A stretch of DNA of 63,893 nt, filler included, from Intoshia linei (lineage: Eukaryota > Animalia > Orthonectida), in assembly GCA_001642005.1 (NCBI GenBank). It is 9 parts of 9 records of this genome, joined end to end, with 100 filler letters (N's around TTAATTAATTAA, not from the genome) between each part and the next. Parts side by side here need not be neighbours in the genome. Positions count along the whole stretch, not along the records: positions 1 to 17,231 come from LWCA01000806.1; positions 17,332 to 49,069 come from LWCA01000338.1; 7 more parts are not named here. One strand, written 5' to 3'. The first letter of the stretch is position 1; every line of letters begins with the position of its first letter. This document shows positions 13,465 through 27,548 of the stretch, piece after piece. The notes beneath the pieces were generated by a model. The model worked only from the letters and a program-made list of their open reading frames with translations, made no database searches and had not been told where the DNA came from. The translations under genes and the position numbers were made by a program.

Positions 13465-16400
13465 ATGAAACCTTTAAATACTGGAAATGATGAGTTTATA
13501 GAGTACAAAGAATTGGCAAAATCATTTATAAAATCTAATGACTATAAAAAAGCTCAGGAAATGTATGAACTTGCTCTAAAAAATTTTGAACTATCAGATG
13601 AAAATAAATTTTTGATTATAAATAATATTTCTTTATGCAATTTTAAATTGGAAAATTACTTGGAAACTATAAAGTATGCAACTGAAGGTAAAATGTATTG
13701 ATATATTTTACAATGTGTCTAATTAACGTAATATTGTACAGTGCAATAACCGTAACTGATTAACCTCCATTATGGGAAAATTTCGTTGTTATGTTAGTTC
13801 CATAGTACAAATTTATTTTGTAAAATTTATTAACAAATTAACACTCTAGACCTGATTGTTATCACTGGTACATAGTGTATATAAAAATATCAGTCTTAAA
13901 TTATTATATTAGTTTTGGAATATGACCAAGGAAATGAAAAAGCTAGATATCGGCGATGTGTTTGTTACAACTACGTTAAAAAAATAAAAGAAGCTTTAAT
14001 TGATGTCAAGTTTTTAATCAATTTAAACCCAAAATCAATGTTGTATATTCAATTATTCAATGAAACATCTAAAAATGCAACTGATAAGGTTTAATATATA
14101 AAAAACATTTTTATTATGTTTTACAGGTTAACGATCACTTTTCAGTTGACGTCAGAATTGACAAGATATACAAACAAGTTTTTGACAATGAAAATAAATC
14201 TCATGTTGTCAATGTAATTAATTTATTAATTTTTAATTAAAGATTTTAGGGTTTAAAAAAAATTATAGGCTTGATTACAGATGAAAACAGAACTAAAACT
14301 GCCGTATCAAAAAATTTATTAAATAAATTGTTTGAATTATACAGTTCAAAATGGGTTTCATCTGATTTTGAAATTAAAACTTGGATAATGAAAATTTATG
14401 TCATCATTTCCAATATAAATAAAAATTATGTAATTTTTTATTATTATAAATTAATTTTTATTTAGAGTTTAAAGATTTACAGAATGTTAGATCTTTGTAT
14501 TTTAAAAACTTCTATATGTGAAAAGCATGAAACTAAGAATTATGAAACATTTTGTACTATCGTTGGAAATTTGTTAAGTTCGTTTGTTTTTATGGCTTGT
14601 GGGATTAAAAATTTGATGGATCAACGGGAACAGTACAATTTAGAAAGTTTGAAGAAACAGGAATCTGGAGAGTATAGGTCAAATTTTGGCGATATTATGG
14701 ATAAAATTGGTGATTTTTATTGCGTTTAAACCTGTTTGTGACTCACGCCAGATACAAATTCCTAAAAATAATAGAATCGCAGAAAATATCAATTTTTTCA
14801 ATAATTTTTTTTATTAAGGAGTCGCAAAGATATAAATATTGATATTAAGTTGATTTTATTTTAGATGAAAAAGAAAGTTTGAGATTGATCCAAATATACA
14901 CATTTTTGATAGATAATGTAGATTCTAAAAAAATTAGTATATTCGGAAGATTAGCTATTCTACGAACATTGTTAACATTTTTAAAGAAGGATACTTCTTG
15001 TGGTTGGTCAATAAAATTAATTAAAATTGATGGTAATTGTCTTGATGTTTTAGATAATTTTTTTATTTATATATAGAAATGAATAAATTATTGGGTTTGT
15101 GTAGTGTGGTCAATAATATCAGCATTTTATCTACCAATGAAAATATTAAAAACACGTTATCAGCAATTTTGACCAAAATTTCAGACGATGTTCAAAGTAA
15201 AAAGCACTCTGAAATATTTAAAGATTCAATCACTGAATATTTACAGTACATACATTATAGCAGAGGTGGCCAAGATATGGCGAATTACATTTTTGTAGAT
15301 GTTATATTTAATATTTAAAAAATAATAATCGGTTTTTACTAAAAAATTTTTACTACAATGTAATTACAGTCAATTTATTACGTTTTTATCAATTTTTTTT
15401 AATGTCTAGTAATTTCGCTAATGGTGTGCGATAAGGTTTATAATTTATTACCGGTCAGCCGTGAAAAAATTGGGAACCCTTGTTCTAATGTTTATGTTGA
15501 TATGCATCTTGACGTAAATTTTATATAATCTTTTTAAATAGATTTTCAATGCAGAATTATAATGATTTTAATTCAAAACTCGAATTATTATCATGTCTTG
15601 GAGTTTTATTCAATGGTCCAAGAAAACAAATTTTATCATTCATATCTTGTATTCCAATTTTTGATTTAATTAATAATGTATTGGAAACTGCCAACAATGA
15701 CTTTATAGTATTTTTTAGATGGCTATAATTATTTTTTTTATTTTAGAAATATACTTTAAATATTTTGATAATTGTTATATCGAAAAATATAAGCAATGAT
15801 AATTCAGCTAAACTTGTCCGAAAATTGAATGATATTTGTGAAAATGTAGCTATGTCTGATTCAATTCGTATTTTGTCTTTACTGGTATTATTTATTTCAA
15901 AAATACTTACTATTCATTGCTTCTGGGTGCTATTTTTCAATCCTTGTATTTTTAGACAATTTTTTTTTTGTGGAACAATCTAAATTAACCTTTTTTAGGC
16001 TTTATGTAAATTAGGATCAATTGGAGGTAGAGATGCCGATAGTAAATCATTTCATGAAAAAAGTTACACGGTTTTGGCTGAAGAATGCAAAAGGTATTTT
16101 TTTAAACTCTAAATTTAAATCATATTAGGCATTTAAAATGTAAAATTGAAGATTTCAGTGCTGTACATAGTTTAATAGAATGCATTGGCTATCTTTCTTT
16201 TAATGCAAATGTTAAAGAAATTATTGTTCAAGATCATGTATGTGTCAAACATTTAATGAGTCAATATGCTTTTAAATCGGTAATTTAATGCAGAGTTTCT
16301 TAACCGCGGCCGGTCTAATTTTATTCAATATTTTTATGTTTATAAATGTTTTAAATATGAATACAATACAATTATACAATGTGTATAGGCCCATATGAGA

Positions 16401-16884
16401 GTATATATCACAAATATTATAGATTTCATCTACTGTGCCAAAATCCCCTTCATCTATCTATAGATAGATATAGATAGAATCTATCACATAATTTTGCATT
16501 ATATGTTTGGTCATGTGTCATATTTTTATCATTTCTTTACTTCACATTTTGAATTTTACATTTAATGATCCATGTTGTCGCGTCTGATAAAAGGTTAAGA
16601 AACGTGACGATACAATTGCAAATATTTTCAATTTTTTAGACAACAGCCTATGTGTACGTTAAAATGTTATCAAATTTAACCAATTCTTATGAAGAAAAAA
16701 AATCTGATGAACAAATGGAAAAATTGGCTAAAACTGCAAAAACTCATGTACCCGTTAAATTTGAAAAAGATCTTCTAGAATACGCTAAAAATAGACGACA
16801 AATTTTTTTGGATGCTGGGTTAGTTCAACAATTAAATCGCTTGATCTCTCTTTCTAACGTATACGTTGATTTAGAAGTTTGCAG
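13465..16884 (+). CDS. unc-45: UNC-45 myosin chaperone (TPR + UCS), 3' part missing at the 17232 gap
   Basis: N-terminal TPR exons, then ALCKLGSIGG, ECIGYLSFNANVKE and NLTNSYEEKK...MEKLAKTAKTHVP, which match UNC-45 UCS-domain motifs. Confidence 0.88.
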
Positions 16885-17231
16885 GTATCTATATTTTTAT
16901 ATTTATGTTAACTTTTATTGGTACCGCCTAAGTCTTTATTAAAGGAATTTTTGTTTGTGGAAATTCCATTTTAACGGAATTTTGAATTATTTATTATCGA
17001 ATTTTTATGAATCAAAAATTCCGTTAATAAAAATGTTATCTCTCAAGCTCTAGAACAGGGGTTCTCAAACTTTTTAAATTTTTTGACTAATTGGTCCAAT
17101 TTTAATTTTGCTCGCGGACCCCCAAATAAAACATTCCAAAAAAAATTATTTAATTCGATTTGTATTTTTAATTGTTAAAATTAATAACAACAAATTATTT
17201 AAAAAATCAATTTATTTTTTATAATTCAAAA

Positions 17232-17331
17232 NNNNNNNNNNNNNNNNNNNNNNNNNNNNNNNNNNNNNNNNNNNNTTAATTAATTAANNNNNNNNNNNNN
17301 NNNNNNNNNNNNNNNNNNNNNNNNNNNNNNN
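17232..17331. other. Scaffold gap spacer N45-TTAATTAATTAA-N43 (artificial)
   Basis: The identical 100-bp spacer also starts at 49070, 50671, 52132, 54376, 56077, 57182 and 61401. TTAATTAATTAA places stops in all six frames. Confidence 0.95.
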
Positions 17332-17640
17332 TTCTATCATTCCTTATAGAACAAGGTGCATGCGTGCTTTGAACATAAGAAATTGGTTGCTGTACAGATA
17401 AAATAAATTCTTTAAAAAAGATTTTTGTCTGCAATTTGACGGGAAAAAGGCTCATGACTATGGTAATACAATTGTTGAATTTTTAACGGTGTGTATAACA
17501 TCTGATGGATTTTCTAAAATTATAGCTTTTCGAGTTCTGATCAATTCGAAAAGTGAAACAATATTAGCTTTTTGCATGCTATCATACATTTACGAAATAT
17601 CAAAAATATTGAATTTTTTTAATTAGGCACACCTACAAAG
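17332..17640 (+). mobile_element. Degenerate DNA transposase fragment
   Basis: One frame reads DFCLQFDGKKAHDYGNTIVEFLTVCI, resembling the (H/Q)(W/F)DGK motif of some invertebrate cut-and-paste transposases. It abuts a gap. Confidence 0.35.
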
Positions 17641-18022
17641 CTTTGGTAATTATTTAAACACAATAGTTTTTCGCCAAACTGAACGTTTCCGTAATTAATG
17701 TTATCTTAAATATGGTCAAACTAAGATAAGCCCTCTGTATATTCTACTCATACATAGTTATGTATACAAATCGTATACTAAAATTCAGTATCCTTGAGCA
17801 CCCTCGTAGAGTTTTCAAATTTTGTTAAAATTTTGTATTTTAAGTTAACTTAACAAAACGAAACTTTCTGGCTAATGGCCCATAAGAAATTCAAAAATAT
17901 TGAAATTGTGTTCACCCTAATACTCATGTACTTACAATTGTTACAATCAAGGAACACAATAAATATAATTGATTAATAATAAAATATTTACAATTATTTT
18001 CTAATATTATTATCAAAAATAG

Positions 18023-21000
18023 CTACAACCAGAAACACCACACCAACCCAAATTGTATTGACCAATCCATCTTAGATTTTTGTCATCCTTGTGATATTTG
18101 TGTTATAAAACGGCATTACCAAGATGGTACATTAAATTAATTTTTTCGATAAATATATTAAATCTGTGTTTCCCAACCCTTCTGTCTATAGACTGTTGTG
18201 TTAGCATGAATTTTATTCTTTTGAATTAAATTATTTTAAATTTATATGCACAAAATTTCAATATTCAATCTAACTCAGTGATTCCTATTCAAATAATGTA
18301 CGGGCCCCATTTCATAATATTATTTTTTTAATCCAAAGAAAACATAAAATATAAAAAATTTATGAAAAAATCAAGTTTTTAAAAATGACAAATTAATTCT
18401 AGAACCCGATTAAAATTAATCGTCTTATCGTCCAAAAAAAACGAAAGCGCCTGTCGGCAAACGCAGTATTACTTTTATTTTTGTATATTTATTATATTTT
18501 TTAGTTTTCAATGACGAGAATAATGTCAGCACTGTATATAGACTTAAAATATATAAAAAGAATTACAGTTTTGTTAGAACTGAAAGTAGAATATTTAAAA
18601 ATTCTGTTAGCCAAATTCCTCAATTTATAATTTCAAACCACACTATTATTAGGTATATATTTTTGAATCATAAACAATGTTTATTAACATACATACAATG
18701 TATCAGATTGAAATTTAAGTTGATAGAAATAAATATTACTATCATTTTTTATTTTCCTAAATAATGGGTAATTTGTGGTTTTTACTATGAAGATGCAAGT
18801 TTTTGAGATTGCAATTTATGATAATGCTTACGATTCTAAAAACTGTTCCAGAATAGTGGTTTTTTTCATTTAAAATTTAAATAAAAGAGTATAAAAGTAA
18901 TTTATGGTTTTGTCAATGAAGGAGCCAATTTTTGAATTTGAAATTTATGTTACTTTTAAGCTGATGAAAACTGACATGGTATTTTTGTTTTTGACATTCC
19001 TGAACTGGCACAAGATAATAAGAATTGCCCGTGTCCTTGTTTTATTTACAGACCAATATATGTCATACCCAGATAATGATACATTTCAATTTGTCTTCCC
19101 AATCAGTTAGACCAACCACTCTCAACGGGGTCCACGTCCATTTTTTCGGATCCATGAAAAATTTTATACAAGTAAAGAATTGAATTGTGTGTTACCTTGT
19201 TGTTACTGTATATTTAAAATTTAAAAAATTAAATTAAAACATTTATCAAAATTTTCTCAGATTGCTATTTATGATAATGCTTATAATTTTAAAAACTATT
19301 ACAGAATTTAAGTTTTATAGAAATTTAGGACATTTTTCATTTTTAAAAAAAAGCTTATTTTGATAGTTTTGAATATGAATATTTAAGTTTCTGAGGTTAA
19401 GATTTACACCAATCGTGACGACTTTCAAACGCGTTCCATACTATATGCTTTTTTAAATATTATCGCTGATTTTATTTTTTTAAAAATAAAATTTGCAATG
19501 ATGCAAATAAACGGTAACACACACATTAAATTTTATATAAGTAATGGACGTAATGTATATTTTTTTGTCTCCACATGTTTTTTTCAATACCATATGCAAT
19601 ATATATTATAGGGTACACAGCGAAAAATGGTTGAGAGTGCCTGAGTTAGACCATGCAGTTGAAATATTATAGTTATATAAGTTTAAATTTAGACCATGCA
19701 GCAAACAAAGAAAAGAGAAAAATTTATTTTCAAATTCAAAGGAATTTCAATTTGAGAATGTGAATCAAAAATATATGAACGAGAATGCATCAAATAAAAA
19801 TGTTCAATGTATAAAATTAGACGAGTATACCAGTACATCTAAACCATTTAACCAAAATTTTCAAAATTTAACGTGTAATGTTACGGAAAAGATTAATATA
19901 CCCATGAAAACTATGTCAGATTACCCTACAGATCAATTAATGCCTAATGTTTTGTCCGAGAGTTATTCAAATGGTATGTATATTAAAAACTTGCAAAATT
20001 TATAAATTAATTAAAAAATAATTTCGCTGCCAACTTTGCGACTCCCAATGTGGTTTATTTTACATATAAAACTTTAACATTCAAAATAATTTATACACTA
20101 CATTATTTTGATTTTTAATTTCTACAAATCTGTGTCCAACCTATTTAGCTCGAGGCCACCCAAAAATGAAAAAAATTGTTTTCACAAACTTTGTATAGCG
20201 TCATATACAGGGCTAAATTAAATATTTTAAATATAAGGGACTAATTGATGCGTTTGTTTTACAACTATATTTCACAGACTATGGATCAAATTTGTCGAAA
20301 TTTAGCAGCGATGAAAATGATACATTGAACGAAAACAACGAGTGTAGTCCAAATCATTATTTATTAAATGACGAAGAAATTGACGAATTAAATGAACTAA
20401 ATTTATTTGATAAACCCTTTCTCACCCAAAAAAGTGCCTCATTCACTGCTGTACATGTTTATTTTAAGACAAAAATGTATTTATTTAAAAATTTAGAAAC
20501 CCACGTACATTTCCGTCAATTCAATTAGTATTGATCAAAAATTGGAATTTAATTTAAAAGTAAACTTGGATTTTGAAATAAAAGATGATACCAAACAAAA
20601 CGACCTTTCCTTAGTAATATTTTTATAAATTATGAATACATTATTTAGACCAATTCGATGCAATCTGAAAATTGTTATTTCAATAATGAATATACACATT
20701 ATTCAGAACCGTACCAAAACGTAAATGTCCCATCCTCCAAATCATACTACGATTACTGCGAACCTTACCATAATAATGAGCCTGATGGGAATTATTGTAA
20801 TTTCCGTGTTAACGATAAAGAGTGTTTCAATGATATGCGTAAAAGATGTTACAAACCAAACATATCAGAGATTCAACAAAAAAGCAAAAGATGTGATTAC
20901 GATAAAAATTACAATCAATGTGCAGAAACTACAAAAAAATATTCAATTGATAATCTAAATCAACACACATCTCCATTGAAATTAATAAATCAACAAGACC

Positions 21001-21503
21001 CATTTACTAGGGAGATTGATAAGAATGTTAGTAAATTATTGAAAAATAAGGTCAGCGAATCACTAAAACATGAGCTACAGGTTAATGGTGGACATTTTCC
21101 ACAGCATTGCATTTACTCTGAAACTGAAGTGATCAAAAATGTTAACCATGAATATACTCCAAATAATCATTATTTTGGAAATTTAAATTTTTCCAAAACT
21201 GACGACTATTTATATGACTGCGATCCAAAAGATTATAAATATAGTCAGTTTTCAAATCAAACTATTAATCCAAATAACCTGAGTTTAAACACTGAAAAAA
21301 ATTTTTGTGATCAATCTTATCATTTACCCTACCAGGAAATGCAATCTTTTAAACCTAAAAATGATATGAATGAACTAGTTTCATATGACTCGTTTAAACC
21401 GGAAGCTAAACACGTATTCAACTATTCTCAATTTTTACCTCCCTCTCTTAATGCCAATTTAGCCAAATCTGAAAAACTAGGAGATGAAATTTCTAAAAAT
21501 TGA
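18023..21503 (+). CDS. PAS-domain protein (PAS-B, NCOA/taiman-like) with long low-complexity C-terminus, 5' partial
   Basis: Exons 18023-18126 (DQSILDFCHPCDICVIKRHYQD) and 18505-18652 (STVYRLKIYKKNYSFVRTESRIFKN...FIISNHTIIR) form a PAS-B fold. They splice in frame into 19693 and the 19760 ORF. Linkage to the 20292 and 20658 ORFs is inferred from position and strand. Confidence 0.65.
19113..19643. mobile_element. hAT-like MITE with 8-bp TSD
   Basis: TIRs CAACCACTCTCAAC / GTTGAGAGTGCCTG flanked by an exact AGTTAGAC duplication (19105-19112, 19644-19651). Confidence 0.8.
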
Positions 21504-21528
21504 GGTTTATTGTATAAATAAATATACA

Positions 21529-22032
21529 CTATTCTTTTTTATTTTGATGTTCTTTCATGTAATCGGCATAGGTCATTTTTTCTGGGACAATGTCTAAATT
21601 TATTCAATTTAAAAATAATTAATAGTTTTAAAACAAAGTTCGATAATAACTCAAAAATTGGCATTGTGCAGAAAAATTAAAAAATAATTTCAATTCATCC
21701 AATTAATACATTGTTGAGTGAATCGTTATGATAATCAAATTTTAAAAACCTTCTATGAAAGAATAAGTGCTATTAGAATGTATTAGTGTATGTATTGATT
21801 CATAAGTTATTTCTCTAGATTCCGACAGATTTTCTGGTAATATTACAGACTCGAGAATTTGACGAATAAACATTTCCTAATTAAAAAGTTACACTTTTAG
21901 CATTTACATTTTTACCGCTGCTAAACTCGTCATGTAAAGCACTTCATTTAATATTATTTTGTGTACATTTGGAGAACTGCGCATTATTTGTTTTATGATA
22001 CTTTGCGGTAGTTTTTGATCGGAATTCTCCAT
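21529..22032 (-). CDS. CHRAC1: Histone-fold protein CHRAC1 (CHRAC-15)/POLE4-like (not in ORF track)
   Basis: Exons 22032-21916, 21876-21750, 21593-21529 give MENSDQKLPQSIIKQIMRSSPNV...TSLAAEMFIRQI...ITYESIHTLIHSNSTYSFIEDIVPEKMTYADYMKE, matching the CHRAC1 pattern LP..I..IM.SSP.V...ELF...L.Y...F..DI.P.K. Confidence 0.78.
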
Positions 22033-22187
22033 TACACGGCTTTTCGTATTAACTTTTTATATTTAAATTTTGTTATATTAAAATAAAGTTAAGTTTAATA
22101 TTACATTTAACATGGAAACTGTAATTGGATGAAATTATGAAACAAAAAGTAAGAATTAAATTAATAAAGTTTAATATGTATGCATGA

Positions 22188-25100
22188 TTATTCCATCTTT
22201 CCGTTTATTGCTAATTCAAACCCTTTGATAGTAGATTCTATATTGAATATTAACTCTACATATTGACAATATAATACCCGAAAAATCGTTCATATTCTCT
22301 TTAATGTAATTAAGAACAAACAAATCTGCATTAATAATCTCAAAAACATTTGAAAGTATTCTCAATTTTCCTCCAATATAAATATCTTGAGGTGTATAAT
22401 AAGTAGGATTGTTTACATCAGAAGACGGTATAGGAATTCGAGTCATTTCAAGAAACATACCAGCACACATGCCTATAATTAAAGAGTAAATAAATAATAT
22501 TTTATCATATGAATTAATTGGTTGTATGTGTAATACAGCCTGTATTATACAGGTGTACTCATCATTTTGCTCACACATTGACAGTGGGTAGCAAATAAAT
22601 GCATATTATACATTTACTCAAAATAACTTTTGATAATTTGGCCAAAAAATTAGCTAATACATTAATATATTAGTGAAATGTAACACTTTAAAAATTGGTA
22701 CTAAAGTGTATTAAATTTTGATATAATTGCAAATAACCTGAATTTCGCATTGGTTTTTCAAAAATGCTAATCATATCTGTACCAAGATGGTAATTAATAA
22801 TAAATCTTCTTGGTTTAAATAATTCGTTGTCAGTGATCTAAAATTGTAATTTTTAATTTCTTATTCTGCATAATTATAATTTACAATGGTAATAATAACG
22901 GTAATATTTTAAAATTTAAATATTGCGATTTTATTAATTTTTTATTCACAAATTAAGTTTAAGGTGTTGATGCTTCAAAAACTAGATTAATAGAAAATAA
23001 TACTTTATTTAATGCGCAAAAAAATGTTTCTTAAGGGTCATCAAGATAATAATTAACGTTAATCATTTTATTATGAGAAATAACCCAAATACAAGCATTT
23101 TTACAAGATTAATTACCAAGATATTATTAAACAAGATAATTTTACCAATTTTGCTTCGTATCTTAATTTTTTGATATCATTTTCCATCATTTTAACATAG
23201 TTCTTTTTTGGTGGTTGAGGAATTATAGATACCACAGATTGCATAGAATCTTCATATGATCCAAAATTGTTATATGGAGGAATTTCCTAAAATTCATGAA
23301 TAGATAATATAGTATTAAAAATGAAATTATTCACAAATATGTCAATTAGAATTGAAAATTTTTATAATTTGTAATTTTATTTTTAGTCATAAATTTAGAT
23401 CACATAAGAGCAAGGCCGTGGAAAGCCATATTTTTCATTTTTTTACATAAAGTTTGGTAAAATCGTATTTTAAAAAAATTGGTAAAAATCGATTTTTCCA
23501 TGATGGTTTGATACATATTTTAAAACCATAAACATTATCATATATTTCAATTTCAAAAATTATATCTTGACGGCCAAAACCATAATTTACCCAGTATTTT
23601 AAAAATGGAAAAAAACTAATGGTGTCAAAATTTAAAAAAGGTTAAATTTATTTCAGCTTTTTCCTTTGATATACATAAAAAATTTCAATGTTGCAAAGTT
23701 AAACCTTTACGGTCAAAAAAATAATTTACTATTTACTCTTTTTTTGGTAACTATTTGCATTAAAACATAAAATTTGATATAATTAATGATCTTAGAATTA
23801 AAAAAAAGAAGATTATTCTGACACAGCTTATTCCATTTTTTATGATTGCTATGCAATTGCATATTTTCAAAAACATGGGATTTTTGAAATAATAATGTAT
23901 TGTCGTCTAGGATTTGGGATAAATTCTCAAGTTCTGGCAACTCTGTAATTAATAATAAAATTAAACAAAAGTGGATAAATTTTTTTTATATTTTATTTGG
24001 ACCCCAAGGGGTCCAGGGACCCAATCGAGAACCACTAACATACTTGTTTATTTTCATTTAGTAGCGATTAGGACTCATCATCAGAATCCTATAAAATTAA
24101 TAATATACCATTTTTATAGGTTCTGCTTCTTTTTCAATAACATTAATTTCACGTGTTTCATAACTTGGATACATATTTTGATAATAATTTACTGTAAATT
24201 GATCCATCCCATAAATGAAAAATTCTCGATTATAAATTTTAATTATCTCTCCAATTTTCAACAAGTGGGGTTCAATGTATTGAGAAATTTCTTTTTCATT
24301 ATATTCCAAAACTATGGATGGAAATGTGCTTGCTATGTTGTATCTATCCATTGGAATCTTATGTCTTGAAATTAAAACACTACAAGGATCTCTACCGTCA
24401 TTAGGTGTATGTTTTTCAATTACTTCTACACTATTGTTCACCAAGTAATACTAGTTTAAAATAAATAAATTTAAAGTATAATTATAATTCCACGTTTTTG
24501 AAAATTTCTTGAACAAATTAAAATTTTCTATTGTGACTTTATTTACTCATGATTAGAGTTAATATCTAATTTTTTTTGTCAAAATTGTTTAAACGTCTGA
24601 CCAATCGTCCGTAAATAAAGTATCTGTTGAGATTACCCATAAGAAATTTTACCGATACATAGGTTTACCATTTTTTTCTACGAACTCTAATAGAAAAACG
24701 AATTATTAAACGGACATTAAAAGTTCAACTTTCCTGAAGGATGGGTAATGTTGGTAGCTAGTGGAGTATCATATAAGCCTTATATGATTAGATTATATTC
24801 TAACCCTTAGAATTTAAGGGGTTAATCGAAGTGATCTTGTTCCTTAGTGATAAGTTAAATTTATATTTATAGTTAACTAATTTATTTTTGATCAATTTTT
24901 TATAAAATCATGATGACCGATCAAATTGGGCATGTATGGGTTAGCCGTTTAAATTTCGTAAGGATATCTGGAATAAGTTTAATTATATAATATGCTACGG
25001 GATTTTTGTTTGTGTGGGTGTGTGTTCCACTTTATTAAAATAACTACCAGTCTTAGAATTTTATAAAGTCCACATCGTTTATTTCAATAACTACCAGTCT

Positions 25101-27548
25101 TAGAATTTTATAAAGTCCACATTTCAATTACAGTTTTTTCTGGGGGATATAAGATAAATTTCAACCTCCCAATTTCACATCTTACGAGTCAAAAACCCCA
25201 ATTGTCTCTCCTTTTGACAAACAAACGAGTTGGAGAATTTAAAAAAATATATCTTCAGGGCCAAAACCACAAATTACCATTCTTTTTTTAATGAAAACTG
25301 CCCTAGAATTTAAAAAAATTTCAATCCGAATAAGTGACGACTTCATGGTCAAAAAAGCATTTTAGTATTCATATATTTTTTCCGAATATTTTATTAAAAC
25401 AAAAAATGTGAAATAATTAACGGTCCAAAAATTAAAAAAATAAAAGATTATTCTGATTAGCTTATTCCAGTTGATATAAATACAAAGTTGAACCCGAGAA
25501 ATCTACGCATTCCCAATGAAAAATAATTTTTAATGTATTATCAACCAATATTTTTCAAATATTTCGATTAAAATAAAAATGTAAATATTGATTCTACAAT
25601 TTCAAAAAAAATGTGCATTGAACGTCTACACATTTCCAATTATAATAAAAATCTATATAATTCATTCCTTCGGAATTTTTTTTATTTCTACGCAATTTTT
25701 AAATTTCAAATTCTCATTTTCAAAACATTTCATTTCAAAATATCACTGATATGATGGTTCCACCTGAAACAAGTTTTGGAACCACTCCTTTAAAAGATTG
25801 ATAATAGTGAATAGTGGGATTTTTAAATTAGATTTTTAACGTGAATTTATTTTTTAAATATAATAAAAATGTGCCCTCGGCAGAACTAGGTCTTGTTTGT
25901 AAGTAGTACATAACAGTCACCCTAGTATGATATATTACATGTATAATGCAATAATGTTTTTGGCCAAATAGACATTTTTTAGATTCATCCCAAAGAGCAT
26001 AAAATCGTAAAACATTTCGATCCAATTCAATGAAGCGCCATAATTTGTCAACCTCATTTTTAGTTTTAGTTTGTTGTAAATCGTTCAAATGCGATCGATT
26101 GCTATGGTAGACATCATCAGGGCATTTTTCAGGTAAATTTAAATCTAATCCTTTGCTCGTCAAAAAATTCTAAAATAAAATAATTATAATTTATATTTTT
26201 AATGAAATGAAGAAACCAAAGTAAATTCATCGCAATCATAAAGTCTGATATTTTTTCCGTAGACTGAAAAATCTATTCCTCTGTTTAGTTGTTTCCAATT
26301 CCAAAATGTATAATTTTCATGATGTCTTGGAATTTTGTGACGTTTAACAAATTTTCCTTGTAAAATTCCACTATTTTCTTTGCACGGTTCCACAATCAAA
26401 ATGGTATCATCCAGTAAATAGTAATACAAGACTACTCTACGTACTTGATAGGTTTCTTGTGGAGACTCTACAATAGATTGTTTGAACCAACCGTAAAACC
26501 TCAACACCTAAATGAAACGTTATTACCTTGTAAAATTTAATACAGAAATAGAAGTATAAACGTAATATAAATAATACAAAATGTCTTCGTTGTAGTTATT
26601 ACCTTATTATCCAATTTAACAAATTCTGGTATAAAAGGTTCGACTTGTACTCGTTTTTCTATTTCAGAGAATGGCATTTTGTCGGTTAAATCGTAATTGG
26701 TGTCATTAATTTGATTTTCCAAATTTTCATTGCCAATTTTTTTATTTGGTGTATCCATAAAACAATATCCATTGTAGAATTTTAACGTTTGAGGGACGTG
26801 ATAATCCTTTTTCTACACAATATAACATGTAGTGTTTTTATAATGACGAATCCCCGTAACAAGTGATTTCTTCGGTGCCTCGACAAAATTTTTGTTTAGG
26901 GCCTCAATTTTCAAAATTGGGCATTAAAAAAGGTATGTCTTGTGTATTATAACTTCATGTTTATTTTGTGTGTTAAATTTAAAATGTAATATCAAGAACT
27001 TTCGAAAGGTGGCGAGGGCTATATAATGCGACACAGCGTTTGAGAAATATTTTTTAGTGGATATTGTTCATCTTAGGTGGCCTCGAGATTGCTAGGTTCG
27101 ATTCATTTTATTTATATTATTAGATTAATAGATGTAGAATTGGAAAATTTTTAGAGTATAATTATTCAAAAATTTAGTCAAAGTATTACAGACCTAATGA
27201 TGATTCATTGTTTTTTAAAATGTTTAATTCTTGCTAAAGAATGATTGTTAGTAAGTATTGTAAGGTGGCAGGAAATTAATTTTCGTTGCTTAAATTGATA
27301 CCCAGAATAATTATACCTATTTACAGCCATTATAATCGTCACACCATTCAAATGTTTAAGAAAAACCTTAGTTGGTGTTACCGGGAATTGAGTTAAATTT
27401 TTATAAAATTCAAGAATTTCTTTATTTTTTTCATTGGTGATGTATTACTTTTAGTTTCAAATTAATGGACATTATATTATAATGACTACAAAAAATATAC
27501 CAGTTGATCACTGAAAGTAGTCCCAGGTAAAAATGGAATTTTACTCAT
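22188..27548 (-). CDS. EFHC1: EFHC1/Rib72-type DM10-repeat axonemal protein
   Basis: ATG at 27548 (MSKIPFLPGTTFSDQL). Three DM10 domains: VLRFYGWFKQ...ENSGILQGKFVKRHKIP; VLRFYALWD...NDGRDP; ...MRNSGMCAGMFLE...DIYIG. Last exon 22237-22188. Confidence 0.9.
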
